Shown one piece after another: positions 8,381 to 17,440 of a stretch of 26,807 nucleotides of DNA. Under the pieces are notes generated by a model. That model saw only the letters and a program-made list of their open reading frames with translations, had not been told where the DNA came from and ran no database searches. Positions within the stretch are counted from its first letter, which is position 1. Each line of letters begins with the position of its first letter. The stretch is taken from positions 1 to 26,807 of the IMG/VR virus record IMGVR_UViG_3300012952_000107; one strand, 5' to 3'. The position numbers were made by a program, and so were the translations under genes. The stretch comes from a virus. Taxonomy: Duplodnaviria; Caudoviricetes.

Positions 8381-10693
8381 ATGTCATATAATCTATTAAG
8401 CGGAAGTGTTAACTTTGTTGGAACACGACAAGGAACTGTGGAGGATCTTGTTGATACTCACACCACACAAACTGTTGCTGGAGCTAAAACTTTTACTTTT
8501 TTAACTGGCACTAATGCATTTATTGCTAACACAATCGGTGTCAACAATCATGCTACTGATCACGCTTTAAGCGTAACAGGTGACATTTCTGGATCTGGTA
8601 ACATATCTGGTTCTGCTTTTTGGGGTGATGGAAGCAATTTGACTGGAATTGATAAAGTTGTAACTGCTCTTAATAACGCCACACAAAATGAATTATTGGT
8701 GGTTGGATCAACAATAACAGAATTGGATGCCAAAAACACTCTAACTTATGATGGCACTAAGCTAGCAGTTACAGGTGCTATTTCTGGATCTGGTAATATA
8801 TCTGGTTCTGCTTTTTATGGTTCATGGGCTGGTGCGAACATTCTTGGATCTCAAGTCCAAAAGGCCAGCAATGGAGCAATAGGTGACAGCAGCGGATTGA
8901 CACTCACAACTACTGGTGTGACTGCTCAAAATTCACCAGCAAGTTCGGCAAAAGTCTTTATTGACGAATCTGGGATCAAATATTCAACGATTGCAAACAT
9001 ACTTGCAAACAATGCCGCCGTTACAAGTTTAGCCAATGCGGGTACATCTGATAGAGTTTTAACTTCTAATGGTGCTGGTGCAATAAATTCAGAACAGTAT
9101 ATGACATTTAACGAAACAGCAGGTTTAAAAGTATTGAACGCTATGCCTATATCCGGCTCAGGCTTGCTTCAAGTTGCTGGAGATGCTTTATTTGAATCCA
9201 CTGTTGCAGTGACAGGTAATTTGTCCGCTTCTTCTGCTTGGATTGCTGACTATGTTTATCATCAAGGAGACGATAACACATATGTTGGATTTGGGTTGGA
9301 TGATAATTTTAAAGTTGTTGCTGGTGGAACACAAATGATAACTGCATATGGTAACCTTTCCACCAAGAGGACTCAAATAGAAGGTGGTGATTTCAAGGTC
9401 AACACAAGTGGTTTGGATTTTTATATTACAAGTTCAACTGGATATGTTGGAATCGGTGTTTCGGACCCAGATAGTCCTCTTGAAGTTCTTTCAACAGCGG
9501 CCCAGTTTAAATTATCTTATGATGCTGCAAATGCTGCACAATTTACTGTTGCAAGTAATGGTAATTTGACAATAAATCCAAATGGAACAACAACGGTTGA
9601 TTCCGCATTGGGTGTAAATGGAAATACAACACTTGGAGACGCATCTGGAGATATTGTTACAATAAACGGAACAGGTGTCACTATACCAAATGGTTTAAAT
9701 TTTGATTCAAACACATTATTTATAAGTTCTTCTAGTAATAGAATTGGCGTTGGGACTGTAAATCCATCTGCTTCTCTTGACATTTTATCAACCACTGAAC
9801 AATTACGTTTGTCTTATGATGCTGCTAACTTTACACAATTTGAAGTCAACAGTAGCGGCAATATAACAGTAGACCCCGTAAACAGCATGACTCTTAAGGG
9901 TGATTTGATCATTAAAGATGGAAGCGAAGAAACAAAAACAATCGTTCAAATATTTGATAATCAGGACGATGGTCTTATTGGAGGTTATGCTGGTGGTAGT
10001 GATTTAAATGTTTTAATTCATGCGAATGGTATGTCATATATTAAAGGCGGTGGGCTAACCATCGGAGAATCTAGCGGAGATCATAGCTTTAATATAACTG
10101 GCTCGGCAGCCATCTCTGGCTCTCTTTCGTTGTCTTCAACCACTCCCACCGCCGCTGGTGCCGGGTTTACAAGTGGTTCTCAGGATTATTCAATAGCAAA
10201 TATTAATGGCGAGATTGTTACAACTATTCTACTTTCCTTATCATCATCTACTGGGGGGCCGCTGTCTTCTAACGGTTGTAATGCAGACAAGAAAATTATT
10301 GGTAATTTTTCTGGTGCATCCAATGCATATATGACAAAGCTAACTTCCGCTAAAAATGGATATATTTATAAAGCTTCTATGTCTTGTATCGAGACACCTA
10401 CAGGTGGTGAACCAGATATCGATTTGGTTGTCTCGTCAAATGCAAATGGTCAAGGAACAACATACGATGGCGGCGGAGGAACAAACATTGCTTTAATCAC
10501 TGTTGGAGACGATTGGGCACAAGGGACTTATCAAGAAAGCAGCAACACACCAGCGGACCCAAGCAGTTTAGTCTTCACTAACGGTTTAAATGACTTGTAT
10601 CTTTATATAGCTGTCGGCGCATCAGCCGGTCACGTTCAAAACGCATATACTGCTGGTAAGTTTGTTATAAAGCTTTACGGAGCCAGCTTCTAA
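8381..10693 (+). CDS. Long fibre protein with internal repeats (770 aa)
   Basis: Duplicated ISGSGNISGSAF and GIG..P...L.VLST..Q..LSYDAAN modules. Gly/Ser/Thr-rich. GGAG SD. Confidence 0.75.
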   Translation: MSYNLLSGSVNFVGTRQGTVEDLVDTHTTQTVAGAKTFTFLTGTNAFIANTIGVNNHATDHALSVTGDISGSGNISGSAFWGDGSNLTGIDKVVTALNNATQNELLVVGSTITELDAKNTLTYDGTKLAVTGAISGSGNISGSAFYGSWAGANILGSQVQKASNGAIGDSSGLTLTTTGVTAQNSPASSAKVFIDESGIKYSTIANILANNAAVTSLANAGTSDRVLTSNGAGAINSEQYMTFNETAGLKVLNAMPISGSGLLQVAGDALFESTVAVTGNLSASSAWIADYVYHQGDDNTYVGFGLDDNFKVVAGGTQMITAYGNLSTKRTQIEGGDFKVNTSGLDFYITSSTGYVGIGVSDPDSPLEVLSTAAQFKLSYDAANAAQFTVASNGNLTINPNGTTTVDSALGVNGNTTLGDASGDIVTINGTGVTIPNGLNFDSNTLFISSSSNRIGVGTVNPSASLDILSTTEQLRLSYDAANFTQFEVNSSGNITVDPVNSMTLKGDLIIKDGSEETKTIVQIFDNQDDGLIGGYAGGSDLNVLIHANGMSYIKGGGLTIGESSGDHSFNITGSAAISGSLSLSSTTPTAAGAGFTSGSQDYSIANINGEIVTTILLSLSSSTGGPLSSNGCNADKKIIGNFSGASNAYMTKLTSAKNGYIYKASMSCIETPTGGEPDIDLVVSSNANGQGTTYDGGGGTNIALITVGDDWAQGTYQESSNTPADPSSLVFTNGLNDLYLYIAVGASAGHVQNAYTAGKFVIKLYGASF
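8585..8815 (+). repeat. 36-nt direct repeat with 1 mismatch at 8585-8620 and 8780-8815
   Basis: atttctggatctggtaa(c/t)atatctggttctgctttt, encoding ISGSGNISGSAF. Confidence 0.85.
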
Positions 10694-10722
10694 TATTAGA
10701 ATGTACTTTTCTTCTATAAAAC

Positions 10723-10730
10723 ACTATTTA
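10723..10730 (+). promoter_or_regulatory. Putative late promoter motif ACTATTTA
   Basis: Upstream of the scaffold and capsid genes. Confidence 0.65.
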
Positions 10731-10764
10731 TTGTTGATAATAGTATTCCTAGGAGTTTATATTA

Positions 10765-11790
10765 ATGTCTTCAATGTTAGAACAAGCAATTGTCGATGCA
10801 GCCGCACTACGCGAAGCTGCACTTAAAAACGCAGAACAATCAGTTATTGAGAAGTATGCACCCGAAATTAAAGCCGCAGTAGATTCTTTATTGGAGAATA
10901 GTGGTAAAGAAGAAATCTTGACAGAACAAGATGAGATGATGGCAACATCAGCCCCTCCCACTAACCCAATCGAGGCCCCATTTGCCGCAGTTGATCCAAA
11001 TCCCGGCCAAGAAGTGGAAATGGCCATAGAATTTGAGTTTAATCCGCAGGATTTTCAAATTGATCTTGGAAATATAAAAGATATGGCAGCAGCAGAGCCC
11101 ACTTCTGCTGGCGAACAGCCAGAAACAACTGATGATTTGTTGGGAGACCTTGGTCTGGCCGACGATGCTGCTGGTGAAGAAGACGAAACTCTTGCGTTGC
11201 AAGAAATTATGAACTTGTTAAGCGAAGACTCTGAAGAAATTATAGAAGAAGAATTAATTGTTGATATGGGTCAAGAAAAAACTGGGACCTTTGAAACAAA
11301 TGAAGCCACCCTTCAATATGAAAAAGAAATGGAACTTGCAAAACGTGAATCCACCAAACATAAAGAAGAAAACGAAGAACTTGATAAAAGAATTAAAGAA
11401 CTTCAAGAAGCGGTTGGTTCATATAGAACAAAAAATAAAGAATTATATTCTGCTGTGAAGCAGTTGAAAAATAGATTGGAAGAATCAATGCTATCTAATG
11501 CAAAATTGATTTATTCTAATCGCATATTAGGCGATGCCTCCTTGAATGAGCGACAAAAAGATAAAATTGTTGAAGCCATCGCCAAGGCAAAAACAACAGA
11601 TGAAGCAAAAGCTCTTTGCGAAACTCTAAAAGCTACAGTGGGATCCACCAAAAATGATGGTCCAAAATCACTGAGCGAGTCTGTACAAAGAAAATCAAAT
11701 TTATCTAGTGTTCTGCCAAGACGTAAAAAAGAAATAAATGAAAATCTCTCGTTTGCTGATCGAATGAAAAAGCTTGCGGGAATTTCATAG
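10765..11790 (+). CDS. Prohead core / scaffolding protein (T4 gp22-like role)
   Basis: Directly upstream of the major capsid gene. Highly acidic N-terminal half, coiled-coil C-terminal half, many (L/I)xE sites, ends RMKKLAGIS. AGGAG SD. Confidence 0.75.
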   Translation: MSSMLEQAIVDAAALREAALKNAEQSVIEKYAPEIKAAVDSLLENSGKEEILTEQDEMMATSAPPTNPIEAPFAAVDPNPGQEVEMAIEFEFNPQDFQIDLGNIKDMAAAEPTSAGEQPETTDDLLGDLGLADDAAGEEDETLALQEIMNLLSEDSEEIIEEELIVDMGQEKTGTFETNEATLQYEKEMELAKRESTKHKEENEELDKRIKELQEAVGSYRTKNKELYSAVKQLKNRLEESMLSNAKLIYSNRILGDASLNERQKDKIVEAIAKAKTTDEAKALCETLKATVGSTKNDGPKSLSESVQRKSNLSSVLPRRKKEINENLSFADRMKKLAGIS

Positions 11791-11811
11791 ACGTTATAAG
11801 GAGGTTACTAA

Positions 11812-13662
11812 ATGTCTATTATTAATACACTTACAGAAGGCATAGTAAACCGTGATATGGCTAAAGAAGGCGCAGCCCTTCTTAATAAATGGTCACAAAC
11901 TGGTTTACTTGAAGGTCTTCAAACCGAAAGATCCAAGCAAGGAATGGCTCGTCTTTTGGAAAATCAAGCAAAAGAACTTCTTCGCGAAAGCACATCTATG
12001 GCTGCTGGCGATGTTGAAGGTTTCGCTGCTGTTGCATTCCCAATTGTTCGCCGTGTTTTCGGTGGACTTATCGCTAATGATCTTGTTAGCGTTCAACCGA
12101 TGAGTTTGCCATCTGGCCTCATCTTCTTCCTTGACTTTGTATTCTCTGACGATGCAGCCGGTTCATCGAAGACCGATAAAGTTCGTCATGGAAATGTTGC
12201 CGATGATTCTATTTATGGAACCAACAGGGTTGCATCGCAAATCACTGGTGGTGTTAGCATAGTTGGTGCGGATCTTAAAGAAAATCTCTCTGGTCCTCGC
12301 AACATGGTAGGTTACGCTTATGGTTCGCCTTCGGCTTCACTTGATGTCCCTGCCGATGCTCACTCCCGTGCTGTCGCAATGTTTGTATTGTCCGGTAATG
12401 TTTCCGAGACAAACGCCAAATATATTAAATATGACCCAGATTTGTTGACAAATACAACTGGGGACTTATGTATTGTTCTCGATGTTGCATCCCAAGTTTT
12501 CTCAAGCTCTAACGGTAGCCCAGCAGATCTTCAGAATCTTGCGACATTTGAAATTGCTGGTAATACATTGGCAGACAAGTCAACCGAACTTGGGCAAGCT
12601 TTCGCTGAAATCACCAACACTACCGCTGACCATCAAATCCGTCGCCTAACTCAAAGAGTTTCTGCGGCAGATTCTGGATTGCTTGCGGGTGAAGACTCAA
12701 TTCGTTTTGTCTTTGTTAACCGCTCTGCAACCTTTCACGCAAGTGGTTATGATGGTGCGTCATTGACTCCCGCAGCATTGGACAATGCACTTAATTTGAG
12801 TTTCCCTATTAGAGACCAATTAAAAGCCAGCAACGCTATTGGTTCTGTCGTCGGCGACGACCACTGGGCACTTGAAGGCTCGGCAGAAATTCCAGAAATC
12901 GACATCAAGGTTGATAGTATCGCTATCACAGCGCAAACCAAGAAGTTGAAAGCCAAGTGGACCCCAGAATTGGGTCAAGACTTGAATGCTTACCACAACT
13001 TGGATGCTGAAGTTGAGTTGACTTCGATTCTTTCTGAGCAAATCGCTCTTGAAATTGATCGTGAGATTCTTGCTGATCTTGTTAATGGTGCAACCGCTGG
13101 TACTTATTACTGGTCACGTTCACCGGGTCTTTTCGTGAATCGTCAAACTGGTGCTGAATTGGGCGCAACTGCTGCTGCTCCTGACTTCACTGGTACTGTT
13201 AGCGAATGGTATGAAACTTTGATTGAGACAATTAATGATGTTTCAGCACAGATTCATGTCAAGACACTTCGTGGCGGCGCAAACTTTGTTGTTTGTTCTC
13301 CAGAAGTTGCTAACATTCTTGAGTTCACCTCTGGATTCCGCGCTAATGTTACCGCTGACGCTGATAAGGGCGAAATCGGTGCTGTTAAGGTTGGTTCATT
13401 GAGTCGCAAATTCGATGTTATGGTTGATCCTTACTTCCCACGAAACGTTGTTCTCGTTGGTCGCAAAGGCAACTCTTTCCTTGAAAGTGGCTATGTGTAT
13501 GCACCTTATGTGCCTCTCCAAGTCACTCCAACGATCTTCGGTGTCGAGGACTTCGTTCCTCGTAAGGGTGTCATGACCCGTTACGCTAAGAAGATGGTAC
13601 GTCCTGATATGTACGGTCTTGTTATCGTCCGAGGACTTCTTGGTGAGTCTGGAGCTAGCTAA
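11812..13662 (+). CDS. Major capsid protein (T4 gp23 family)
   Basis: Motifs LLENQ, PIVRRVF..LIANDLVSVQPMSLPSGLIFFL, KLKAKWTPELGQDL.AYHNLDAE.EL..ILSEQIALEIDREI, YAPYVPL and P.KGVMTRY. AAGGAGG SD. Confidence 0.96.
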   Translation: MSIINTLTEGIVNRDMAKEGAALLNKWSQTGLLEGLQTERSKQGMARLLENQAKELLRESTSMAAGDVEGFAAVAFPIVRRVFGGLIANDLVSVQPMSLPSGLIFFLDFVFSDDAAGSSKTDKVRHGNVADDSIYGTNRVASQITGGVSIVGADLKENLSGPRNMVGYAYGSPSASLDVPADAHSRAVAMFVLSGNVSETNAKYIKYDPDLLTNTTGDLCIVLDVASQVFSSSNGSPADLQNLATFEIAGNTLADKSTELGQAFAEITNTTADHQIRRLTQRVSAADSGLLAGEDSIRFVFVNRSATFHASGYDGASLTPAALDNALNLSFPIRDQLKASNAIGSVVGDDHWALEGSAEIPEIDIKVDSIAITAQTKKLKAKWTPELGQDLNAYHNLDAEVELTSILSEQIALEIDREILADLVNGATAGTYYWSRSPGLFVNRQTGAELGATAAAPDFTGTVSEWYETLIETINDVSAQIHVKTLRGGANFVVCSPEVANILEFTSGFRANVTADADKGEIGAVKVGSLSRKFDVMVDPYFPRNVVLVGRKGNSFLESGYVYAPYVPLQVTPTIFGVEDFVPRKGVMTRYAKKMVRPDMYGLVIVRGLLGESGAS

Positions 13663-13694
13663 TCTAACTTAGAATAGCGATGCTATAAAAAATG

Positions 13695-13732
13695 CCCCTG
13701 ATGATTTATTTCATCGGGGGTTTTTCTTTTTT
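13695..13732 (+). terminator. Intrinsic terminator after the major capsid gene
   Basis: CCCCTGATGA-TTTATT-TCATCGGGGG hairpin followed by TTTTTCTTTTTT. Confidence 0.85.
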
Positions 13733-13737
13733 AAGAT

Positions 13738-13745
13738 ACTATTTA
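13738..13745 (+). promoter_or_regulatory. Putative late promoter motif ACTATTTA
   Basis: Immediately after the capsid-gene terminator. Confidence 0.65.
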
Positions 13746-13791
13746 CTATTGATCGCGCACAAGCGCAAAAGATATTAAGGAGATCAATAAT

Positions 13792-14232
13792 ATGTCAAAA
13801 TCTGGAAGATATTCTGCGGATAGAAAGAAGATCCAAGCCGTAGCCGCCGCTGAAACACTAGTTGTTCAAGTTGCAGATTGTGGAACCATTTTCACACTCG
13901 CTGGTGGTGCTGGTACAAGTAACATTACTCTACCCTCAATAGCCGCTGCTGGTCCCGGTTGGTGGTGCAAATTTGTTCTTTTGGCTAACAATGGAGCTGG
14001 CGCAATAACTATTTCTGCTGAAACTACTGGTACAATGATTGCTGCTAGTTTTGGTGGATTGGGAGACAGCACCAACGCTGCCAACGTAGAAAGCAATGCT
14101 GCTGCTGACTCAATTGCGTTCGATGCAAATGGTGCTCTAGCTGGTGATCAAATCGAAGTTATTTGCACTGGTGATAAGATGTTAGTCCAAGCATTTAGTA
14201 CTGGTGACGATAAAGACATCACTGTTGCATAA
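13792..14232 (+). CDS. Probable capsid decoration or head-fibre protein
   Basis: Directly after the capsid gene, with its own upstream motif, SD and terminator. Ala/Gly-rich; ITLPSIAAAGPG resembles the TLP module of the fibre cluster. Confidence 0.55.
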   Translation: MSKSGRYSADRKKIQAVAAAETLVVQVADCGTIFTLAGGAGTSNITLPSIAAAGPGWWCKFVLLANNGAGAITISAETTGTMIAASFGGLGDSTNAANVESNAAADSIAFDANGALAGDQIEVICTGDKMLVQAFSTGDDKDITVA

Positions 14233-14258
14233 TCCCTAATCTCCACAATACAAAGACT

Positions 14259-14283
14259 AAACCCACCATTGTGTGGGTTTTTT
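14259..14283 (+). terminator. Intrinsic terminator
   Basis: AAACCCAC-CATTGT-GTGGGTTT followed by TTT. Confidence 0.75.
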
Positions 14284-14325
14284 CAATTTCGCAAATTTTA
14301 CCCCGGCCAAATTTTCAGATTTGAG

Positions 14326-14333
14326 ACTAATTA
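14326..14333 (+). promoter_or_regulatory. Putative late promoter motif ACTAATTA
   Basis: After the 14259 terminator, upstream of the 14358 ORF. Confidence 0.6.
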
Positions 14334-14357
14334 TTAATATATTCACAGGAGCAAATA

Positions 14358-14729
14358 ATGGGCAAAAGAAACAAAAGAGCAAGAACTATGCTTAAAAAAA
14401 TGAGTATTCTCAATGAGATTCCAGATATCCAAACAGCAAAAAAATATGGTATTGAAGAACAAGTAAATGCTCGAATTCAACTTGAAGAAGAGAACTCACT
14501 TCGCATTCAAAAACTTAAAGAAGCTCAAGAGGCTGAAGAGCAAGCCATCAAACTCAAGGCAGAACAAGAAGCTCGTCAAAAAGAAGCAGCCGAGTTAAAG
14601 AAAAATAAATTAAAAAAAGAAGAAGCTTGTGAAGTTGAACTTAATAAACCAACAAAGAAATCAACGACTTCCAAACCGCGTACTCCTCGTCGTCGTAAGA
14701 CACCTAAAACCACCAGATCAAAGCAATAG
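14358..14729 (+). CDS. Hypothetical protein: coiled coil with a Lys/Arg-rich C-terminal tail
   Basis: AGGAG SD. EAQEAEEQAIKLKAEQEARQKEAAE heptad-like segment; tail KPRTPRRRKTPKTTRSKQ. Confidence 0.7.
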   Translation: MGKRNKRARTMLKKMSILNEIPDIQTAKKYGIEEQVNARIQLEEENSLRIQKLKEAQEAEEQAIKLKAEQEARQKEAAELKKNKLKKEEACEVELNKPTKKSTTSKPRTPRRRKTPKTTRSKQ

Positions 14730-14748
14730 AAGCTTTCATAATATTGCA

Positions 14749-14756
14749 ACTATTTA
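14749..14756 (+). promoter_or_regulatory. Putative late promoter motif ACTATTTA
   Basis: Upstream of the neck gene. Confidence 0.65.
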
Positions 14757-14778
14757 TTCTTGATTGGAGGTTTCATGA

Positions 14779-16053
14779 ATGGCGATACCAACCCTTACAC
14801 CAAAAGCGACCGAAAGCGCAATAACTTTACCAGCAACGGCATCATTTAATGGATCGGCTGCGGCGGACTCACATGTTGCCGCTGCATGTCCTATTGGATT
14901 TTATACTAGCTCAGTTGCGTTTATAACTGGTGCGGTTGCACAAGTTGCTTATACATATAAGAAATTAGGTGGAGATGTTCTTGATATAGAAATGCCATCC
15001 GGTAGTGTTTTTGCCAATTATGAAGAAGCGGTGCTTGAGTATTCATATTTGGTTAATGTACATCAATCAAAGAACGCTATAGGATCAATGCTAGGGGCCC
15101 AAACGGCGAGTTTTGGCCATCAAGGCGAGGTTACCACTGGTCCCGATGATGTAGCCCTTAAATACCCTAGATATTCGTTTGAATCGGCATTTCGTATTGC
15201 TGATATATATTCAACAGAAGCAATTTCTGGTGGAGATATAACAATACATTCAGCCTCATTTGCTTCAATTTCAGACCAACAAGATTATGATCTTCAAAGC
15301 TTAATATCTTCTCTGTCAACAGATGATTCTACTGTTCCTTTTTATGGCAAGGTTGGATCTAAAAAAGTCAAGATACATCAGGTATTTTATGTCTCTCCTA
15401 AGCAAATGTGGAGATTTTATGGTTATTATGGTGGCCTTAATGTTGTTGGTGATTTCAACAATTATGGACAATATGCTGATGACTCTTCTTGGCAGGTAAT
15501 ACCAGCATGGCAAAACAAACTTCAAGCAATTTCGTATGAAGATCATTTGTATACAAGAACGTCTCATTATTCTTATGAGGTAATAAATAATAAATTGCGC
15601 GTTTTCCCAACTCCCAATGACGCATCACCAGAGAGGTTCTGGGTTCGATTCAGTATTAAAAATGAAAATGAACCATGGGAAAGCGATTATGATACTGGGG
15701 AAGACGGTATTAATAATATGAACACTCTGCCGTTTGAAAATATTCCATATGAAAGTATTAATTCAATTGGTAAACAATGGATCCGTAGATTTGCTCTTGC
15801 TTTATCTAAGGAGACGTTAGGACAAATTAGAGGCAAATTTGGAGGGTCAATTCCTGTTCCCGGAGACAACATAACTCTGAATTCCGCTGATTTACTTGGT
15901 CAGGCTAAAGAAGAGCAAAATTCTTTGAGAGAAGAGTTAAAAACGCAATTGGATGAAATGACATACCAGAAAATTGCTGCTTCCGATGCCGAAGTCACTG
16001 AAAATGCATCTAAGGTTATTAAAAATGTTCCTTTAAAAATCTTTGTGGGGTAA
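14779..16053 (+). CDS. Neck / head-tail adaptor protein (T4 gp13-like)
   Basis: Position after the capsid gene. Motifs KKLGGDVLDIE, WIRRFALALSKETLGQIRGKF..IPVPG..ITLNS.DL..QAKEEQ..L.EEL and PLKIFVG. Confidence 0.75.
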   Translation: MAIPTLTPKATESAITLPATASFNGSAAADSHVAAACPIGFYTSSVAFITGAVAQVAYTYKKLGGDVLDIEMPSGSVFANYEEAVLEYSYLVNVHQSKNAIGSMLGAQTASFGHQGEVTTGPDDVALKYPRYSFESAFRIADIYSTEAISGGDITIHSASFASISDQQDYDLQSLISSLSTDDSTVPFYGKVGSKKVKIHQVFYVSPKQMWRFYGYYGGLNVVGDFNNYGQYADDSSWQVIPAWQNKLQAISYEDHLYTRTSHYSYEVINNKLRVFPTPNDASPERFWVRFSIKNENEPWESDYDTGEDGINNMNTLPFENIPYESINSIGKQWIRRFALALSKETLGQIRGKFGGSIPVPGDNITLNSADLLGQAKEEQNSLREELKTQLDEMTYQKIAASDAEVTENASKVIKNVPLKIFVG

Positions 16054-16057
16054 ATAA

Positions 16058-16546
16058 ATGGCAAATAAATGGAAAAAATCAGCACAACCACCCCCTCCTT
16101 TGTTTTTAGGAGAAAAAGAAAGAGATCTTGTAAAGCAAGTTAACGATGAAATCATTGAAAGAGTCGTTGGACAACAAGTTCTTTATTTTCCGATTGATTT
16201 AGAACATACAAATTACCATTCATTGTATGGCGAGGCGATGGAAAAAACGTTTTTACCTCCTATAAGAGTCTATGCCCTTGTTGAGTATGGCGGAGAAGAA
16301 ACAAATTACATGTCCAATGTCGCAATTGACGAAGTTTCTAAGATAACAGTTAAATTTCATAAAAAAAGATTAACAGAAGATCAGAATTTGGAGGTTAGAG
16401 TTGGCGATTTTTTAAAGTATGGCGATAGTTACTATGAAATAGTTAAAAATTCTAGTCCAAAGTTACTTTTTGGACAAATAGAACATAAACATGAAATTAT
16501 TTCCGAATGCATAAAAGCAAGAGATGGATTATTTAATGCCGAATAA
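16058..16546 (+). CDS. Neck / head completion protein (T4 gp14-like)
   Basis: E.IERVVGQQVLYF..D...YHSLYGEA.EK.F.PP and VGDFLKY.DSYYEI; follows the gp13-like gene. Confidence 0.65.
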   Translation: MANKWKKSAQPPPPLFLGEKERDLVKQVNDEIIERVVGQQVLYFPIDLEHTNYHSLYGEAMEKTFLPPIRVYALVEYGGEETNYMSNVAIDEVSKITVKFHKKRLTEDQNLEVRVGDFLKYGDSYYEIVKNSSPKLLFGQIEHKHEIISECIKARDGLFNAE

Positions 16547-17375
16547 AGATATAATAATGGAACCCTCTTCAATCGAAACTATAGACGTTGCGCTTTTTGA
16601 ATGGGTTTCAAAAAGTTTAGATCTTCATGCAACAACCAATAAAGGTTGGAAAAAGGTGCCCACAATCTGGTTGGGGACAGAACGCGCTTATCAAATAAAA
16701 AATGATAAAGATATTCGCGGCTCAAATGGAGATGAACGTTTAAAATTGCCAATAATAACTGTTTCAAGAGAATCAATAGCAAAAGATTTAAATTTTAAAG
16801 GATCTTTTCAAGCAAGCATCCCCGAAAATCCTGATTATCGCGGTGGATCAGTTACAATCCATAGAAGAATAAAACAAAATAAAACAAGAAATTTTGCAAA
16901 TGCTGATAAAGCGAGAAGATATAAAAATGGAGAAGAAACCGGGAGACATAATAATAAAAAAGTTGTTTACGAGTCAATAACAATTCCCGCTCCAACATAT
17001 GTCACAGTAATGTATGAAATAAATTTAAAATCAGAATATCAACAACAAATGAACGAAATGTCACAGCCATTTATGACCAAGATCGGACAAATAAATAGTT
17101 TTTTTATTTCCAATGACGGCCATCGCTATGAGGCGTTTATAGAGCAAGAATTCACTGAAACAAAAAATGTTAAAGATCTAGGAGAGGATGAAAGACTGTT
17201 TGAAACAACTGTTAAAGTAAAAGTTCTTGGATTTTTAATTGGAGAAGGAAAAAATAGAGAGAAACCAAAAGTTTCTATTCGCGAGAATCAAGTCGAAGTT
17301 AGAATAAGTAGAGAAAGAGTTATTGCCGGTGATAAACGGCCTTGGATTGAAGATGACTTCGATTACAGAGATTAG
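16536..17375 (+). CDS. Tail terminator / sheath stabiliser (T4 gp15-like)
   Basis: Lies between neck and sheath genes. KVPTIW...ER, LPIITVSR and P.PTYVTVMYEINL....QQQMNE motifs. Start is 16536 or 16524. Confidence 0.6.
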   Translation: MPNKDIIMEPSSIETIDVALFEWVSKSLDLHATTNKGWKKVPTIWLGTERAYQIKNDKDIRGSNGDERLKLPIITVSRESIAKDLNFKGSFQASIPENPDYRGGSVTIHRRIKQNKTRNFANADKARRYKNGEETGRHNNKKVVYESITIPAPTYVTVMYEINLKSEYQQQMNEMSQPFMTKIGQINSFFISNDGHRYEAFIEQEFTETKNVKDLGEDERLFETTVKVKVLGFLIGEGKNREKPKVSIRENQVEVRISRERVIAGDKRPWIEDDFDYRD

Positions 17376-17397
17376 TGTGCTGTTACATAAAAAACAT

Positions 17398-17405
17398 ACT
17401 ATTTA
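17398..17405 (+). promoter_or_regulatory. Putative late promoter motif ACTATTTA
   Basis: Upstream of the sheath gene. Confidence 0.65.
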
Positions 17406-17440
17406 TTGTGAGATAGAAATATATAAAGGAGATTGCATTA

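Noticed and set aside
3991-9900. Fibre-gene repeats as a diversity-generating retroelement, invertible cassette or CRISPR array
   Set aside because: The repeats are in-frame protein repeats differing mainly at synonymous positions rather than specifically at adenines. No reverse transcriptase, invertase or repeat-spacer periodicity is present.
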